Positions 43,101 to 64,000 of a stretch of 64,000 bases of DNA are shown piece by piece. The number at the start of each line of letters is the position of its first letter. The first letter of the stretch is position 1. The notes beneath the pieces were generated by a model, which searched no databases, was not told the DNA's origin, and saw nothing but the letters and a program-made list of their open reading frames with translations. The position numbers and the translations under genes are program-made. Source of the DNA: Sminthopsis crassicaudata (lineage: Eukaryota); NCBI RefSeq assembly GCF_048593235.1, contig NC_133619.1:227306454-227370453 (forward strand), read 5' to 3'.

Positions 43101-46100
43101 TTTTATGACTATGCATCTTTGCATTTTGCATTTTATATTTGAAATTGAGCCTTTTTTGTTGTTTCTTTATCTAGTGATTGTATTAATTATTTTGATCCAT
43201 AAATGTGTTTTTTGTTTTCTAAAATAACTTAAGATAAATTATTTTTAAAATTTCAACAGTAATGATTTCTTTCTCTTGTGGTTTTTCACATGAATACCAA
43301 TAAATGTATTCTTTTAGGACAGAATATTATCATATGTATATTTCCAGTTACTTGTTTAATTTTTCATGGAATTGCTTCAAATATAGTCTGAAGGTATCCT
43401 TCTAGTCATTTTGACTCCTCCCTCTTCTTTGCCCCAGTAAGTTCACCAACTTTGTCCATTCTTCCTTTATTCTGTTTCTCATATATTTCAGCCTATTACT
43501 CTCCATTCCCACTAGCATTATTATAATCTAGCCTTGAATGCATGTATTTTGTGGTCTCTTAATTGATCTTCCTTCCTTTAGTTTTTCTGTACTCTGGAAT
43601 GTTGCTTATTTTATTGCTAGATCAACTTTAAGATTTCTTATACCAACAGAATAAAGCTTGAATTTTTGAGCCTGGTATTCTAGACACAAGTTTATCTAAC
43701 AACTACTCTGTGACATGAATATGGCTGTAGCTAGATTTTTTAATGCTTTTTTTTTCTTTCTTCCTACAATACTGGTTATATTCTATATCCATCTCAGCTT
43801 GTCTCATTTCTCTTATGAAGCCTTCACTGATCATTCTAGCTCATCCTGATTCATCTCTCAGTAACACATGATATCAAATGCTTCTTTATGATATTGTTAT
43901 GTTGTTCTTAAATTCCTACATAATTTTTTGTGTGTCTTGTTCTTGTCCTTTCCCTCTAATACATTGTAAGCTCCTTGAGATCAGGAATCTTTTTACACAT
44001 ACCAGTTTAATAGTTCACAGTACTATTACATAGTAATACACAGCATATGGTAGGTTCTCAATACATATTTGTTTAAAAATATATTAAAAATATTGAAGGA
44101 AAAGCAATAATAAAGCAGAGTTTTAAATCCAGAGGATTTTGCAGTTTGTACACATCTGCACTTGAGGAAAAACACAAATTCAGTTTTTATTAACTTACAT
44201 TTTGTACCATCCTTTAATGAGCCATCAGTGATCTGATAAAATATGAGAAACTTTTTTCTAGATGAGAAATACAGAATCTTTTCCTTATTTCCTAATAGGC
44301 ACAGATATTTTGACAGGTTGGTCTCAGGAGGTAAGATTAAGATGAAGCCCAGCACTTAGGGTGTGTTGTCTGCTCAGCTGGTCTGCAAAAAACAATGTCT
44401 AGTTGGAAAAGGAGACAAAAAGACAGGTGGCAAAACAGTCCTGCTGGCAGGAAGAAAAAGTGGCTGTGCCAAGAGGGACAGGATCACACTGACCTTTCTT
44501 TTCTTTTAGACTAGATCTTCAGAACTGTTCCTTGAAAGAACTGGATCCACTCTTTACTGAGGCCCATTCTGCCATTGTTCTGTAAGTGTTCTCAGATCCC
44601 TTTCTCTGACAGAATAAAAGTGTAGAGGAAGAAGTGGGGGCAAGGGAGGAAAGCTCTTCCAGAAGAAATGTGGGTGCCCTTTTATCTGTTATCAGGTTAT
44701 CAACCTAGATAGTCCTTTGATTGTTTCAAACTAAAGATCCCTAATGGCAGCGTGTAATGTCTGGGCTAGCTTTCTGGAGGTCCTTTGGACGGGCCTTGGT
44801 CTCAGGAGGATAGACAACATGAGAATGGTCAGGACTAGAGTCTAGAGTCTTTATTGTCTCTTTCACAGTCCTTTACAATCTGTATCTGTTATAGTCTGAC
44901 TCAGTCTTGATCTTAGTGGAGGAGTAGAGGAGGCAGGAGAGCCACCAGGAGGATGGTCAAAAATGAATCATTTCCCGCTTCAGTCCTTATATACCTTAGT
45001 ACAATTATATCACTACAGCATACTGAATATTGTATAAACTAGAGAACATTATATTGACATACTGAGTACTAAGTATATATGTGAACTAGAGAAGAATCAT
45101 CATTTCATCAATTCCACTGAGTCAATGCCTTGTTTCAAGTGTACTTCTCCAGCAGCTCTGTACAGCAGGGGTTTTCAAACTACAGCCCGAGGGCCAGATG
45201 TGTGCCCTCCTCCCCCCACGTTTATGCATCCTGGGGGATTATGGCATATGGGCTGAGGGGCAGAGACAGAGTGTGAAATTTTGTTTTTACTATAGTCTGA
45301 CCCTCCAACAATCTGAGGGACAGTGAACTGGCCCCCTGTTTAAAAAGTTTGAGGACCACTGCTCTATATGCCCTTCAAAGAGGAAGTATTCCTGAGGGAT
45401 ATGTAATCACTTCTGATTGGTTTTACACAATAGGAGGTGGTCTGTCATGAAGAGTGTCACTCAAGTGGTCAAAAAGATATAAATTTTCAAATCACCTATC
45501 TTTGATAATAGAATCAACATTTTCCCAAGCCTGTCTGAGCAAACACATGAGCAGGAATACACCCATTAGCTAAAACCTAGAATTTCTTTTATTATCTGAT
45601 TAGATCTAGACCTGGGTAACTCCCCAAAAGAGATTTCCTATACTGGTTGATTTCTGGATGAGGAAGTAGAAAAAAAGAGGGATAGAGGAAATCTTGGTCC
45701 TAATGCAATATTTATCAAATATAAGAGAGAAATATTCACTTCTCAGAAGTAGAATTAAGGAGCTTCCCCAGGTATTGCATAGTAACAATTGGTGTTTTTG
45801 ATTTGCAGGGACTTACAAGCAAATCCCTTCCTGAATATATCTCCCTCAGTCTTTCGTAACTTCACTGAGCTTCAGACACTGTGAGTAGAGTGACATAGGA
45901 AACATATAATAAGATCAGCAATATCCAATTGCATGGTATAACAACTATGTATTATATTCAGGGTGCTGCCACGAAAAGTAGACTGTCCTGGAGGACAGAA
46001 TGCGTGGGAGAATATCACCTGTGGCCCTGACAGCTGTACCTGCTATGGGCAAATTCAATGCAATAGTACTGTGGAGCCAGGTACAAGTTTTCACTTCTGT

Positions 46101-46945
46101 AATTCTGGGGATTGTCTCACTTCCCTTAGATTCTACTCTTTAAAAAATGGAAATTAGCCCCAGATTTTAATTAGCAGACATGTTTGTTTTTTGTTTTTTT
46201 TTTCCTGAGGCTGGGGTTAAGTGACTTGCCCAGGGTCACACAGCTAGGAAGTGCTAAGTGTCTGAGATCAGTTTGAACTCTGGTCCTCCTGAATTCAAGA
46301 CTGGTGCTCTATCCACTGCGCCACCTAGCTGGTCCTAGCAGACATGTTTTTAAGAGCTTTCTTATATTTCACATACCCTCAATCCATGTAGATAAATTAT
46401 TCCCATCCTTTCTATTGTTGCTGCTGTCCTGGAAAGCAGTTTGAAGGATTTGGGGTTGGACCAGAAGTGCGGACAGTCTCAACTATAATCGGTCTGATAT
46501 TAACACAGTTTCTCTTGCCAGCTTTGTGTCCTGAGAATGCATATTGTGTCTCTGATGGCCCAGGCCTCTTCCAGTGTCTTTGTACTACTGGCTTCCATGG
46601 CTACAAGTGTTTACGTGAGGTGAAGACTGGGGATGTGAATGAACTGGGGATGAGAAAATTGCACTGAACACCGGGGTGTGGGATGTGGGTTTGTGACAAG
46701 AAGCAGGTTGGATTCAACTGCATTGAGGAAACTTCCAGGAGAGAGCTTCAGTTTGTTCCTGGGTGAAGGGGGAATGAGAAAGATGGATGTGTCTTTGAAA
46801 GGCTCTGCTGACTGGTTTCTCCTGGCATTTTGCTTTACAGGGCTCCTTCCCACTCCTCATGTTCTCTGGAATTCTGGGCACTACCACGTTTTGCATCTCC
46901 ATCTTGCTGTGGGGGACCCAGCTTCGCAAAATCAAAGCTTCCTGA
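39820..46945 (+). CDS. ATRAID: All-trans retinoic acid-induced differentiation factor (APR-3), 228 aa
   Basis: Exons 39820-39918, 41679-41800, 44510-44581, 45809-45880, 45962-46080, 46522-46619, 46841-46945; 687 nt in frame. Signal peptide, LDLQNCSL / DLQANP LRR-like part, EGF-like CPEN..C..DGPG..QC.C..GFHGYKC, TM helix, basic tail. Confidence 0.95.
41876..42546. mobile_element. Two LTRs fused in inverted orientation, in ATRAID intron 2
   Basis: Termini TGTTATGG... and ...CCATAACA are reverse complements (36 of 38 nt); AAATAC flanks both ends. See findings. Confidence 0.8.
42708..42900. mobile_element. MAR1-like SINE
   Basis: GGGGTTTTCTTGGCAAAGATAATGGAGTAGTTTGCCATTTCCTTCCCCAGCTCATTT...GGGTCACACACAGCTAG. 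Confidence 0.7.
44753..45164 (-). mobile_element. Solo LTR related to the 41876 family, in ATRAID intron 3
   Basis: Minus strand TGTACAGAGC...CTTGAAACAAGG...CAGTGGAATTGAT...TATATAA...GAGACAATAAAG...CATTACA; flanks GCAGCG and GCAGGG (5 of 6 match). Confidence 0.75.
45166..45361 (-). mobile_element. Full-length OC1-like hAT MITE (196 bp)
   Basis: TIRs CAGGGGTTTTCAAACT / AGTTTGAGGACCACTG; 8-bp flanks CTGTACAG and CTCTATAT, both with central TA (Buster-type target). Confidence 0.8.
46186..46335 (-). mobile_element. Young WSINE1-like SINE in ATRAID intron 5
   Basis: 14-bp TSD TAGCAGACATGTTT (46172-46185 and 46336-46349); T-rich tail. Confidence 0.9.
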
Positions 46946-47140
46946 ACCCGGTCTTCCTATGGAACTAGAAAAAGTATAAGCTCTTACGTGGTTGTCTCGG
47001 CCCAGGAGTTTCCTTGCACAGACAGCTCCGGCCTTGACCCGCGGTGCAGGAAAGCAGAGGGTGGAGAGGAGAGCTTTCCTACAGGTGGTCTGGCTGGTTC
47101 TAGACCAGGCTCGAAGTTAGAAGTGTTTGTAAAGGCTCCT

Positions 47141-47146
47141 AATAAA
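47141..47146 (+). terminator. ATRAID polyadenylation signal
   Basis: AATAAA about 200 nt after the stop, followed by a T-rich tract, just before the CAD CpG island. Confidence 0.65.
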
Positions 47147-47289
47147 ACCCCTCTTTTTAAGGAAAGGTTCGGTGTGAGTGATTTTTTTCTGAGCCGCGCG
47201 GCTTGCAGCTGGTATGAAAAGTTATTCCCCTCGGGTTCTTTCCAAAGCCCAAAGAGCGCTCCGGCCCGCCCCGAGCAGCTCTCCCTCCC

Positions 47290-64000
<16,711 letters not shown>

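Overview
Mammalian genomic DNA, almost certainly an Australian marsupial of dasyurid type. This is inferred from young WSINE1-like SINEs, marsupial-type L1 3' ends, MAR1-like SINEs and OC1-like hAT MITEs. The gene order matches human 2p23.3. About 1-16.6 kb is a repeat graveyard: an LTR, a class I ERV gag-pro-pol remnant interrupted by L1, a SINE plus a 157-N gap, an inverted LTR-less integrase-env block from a second ERV, and further L1/L2/SINE/solo-LTR pieces. About 16.8-19.1 kb is non-repeat DNA with two paralogous, degraded, coding-like segments on the minus strand, at the position where PRR30 lies in human. Four genes follow, which I traced exon by exon with GT-AG splice sites: TCF23 (+, 3 exons, 212 aa), SLC5A6/SMVT (-, 15 coding exons, 640 aa), ATRAID (+, 7 exons, 228 aa, sharing a CpG-island bidirectional promoter with SLC5A6) and CAD (+, exons 1-32, truncated by the window end, with an apparent 1-bp frameshift in exon 18). 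The most unusual observations are (i) a 671-bp element made of two LTRs fused in inverted orientation inside one 6-bp target-site duplication, (ii) the duplicated PRR30-like relics, (iii) the CAD frameshift, (iv) a likely sense-antisense 3' overlap of TCF23 and SLC5A6, and (v) the mosaic ERV. Gene identities rest on my recall of the human proteins; no database search was run. I found no CRISPR array, rRNA or genuine tRNA gene.
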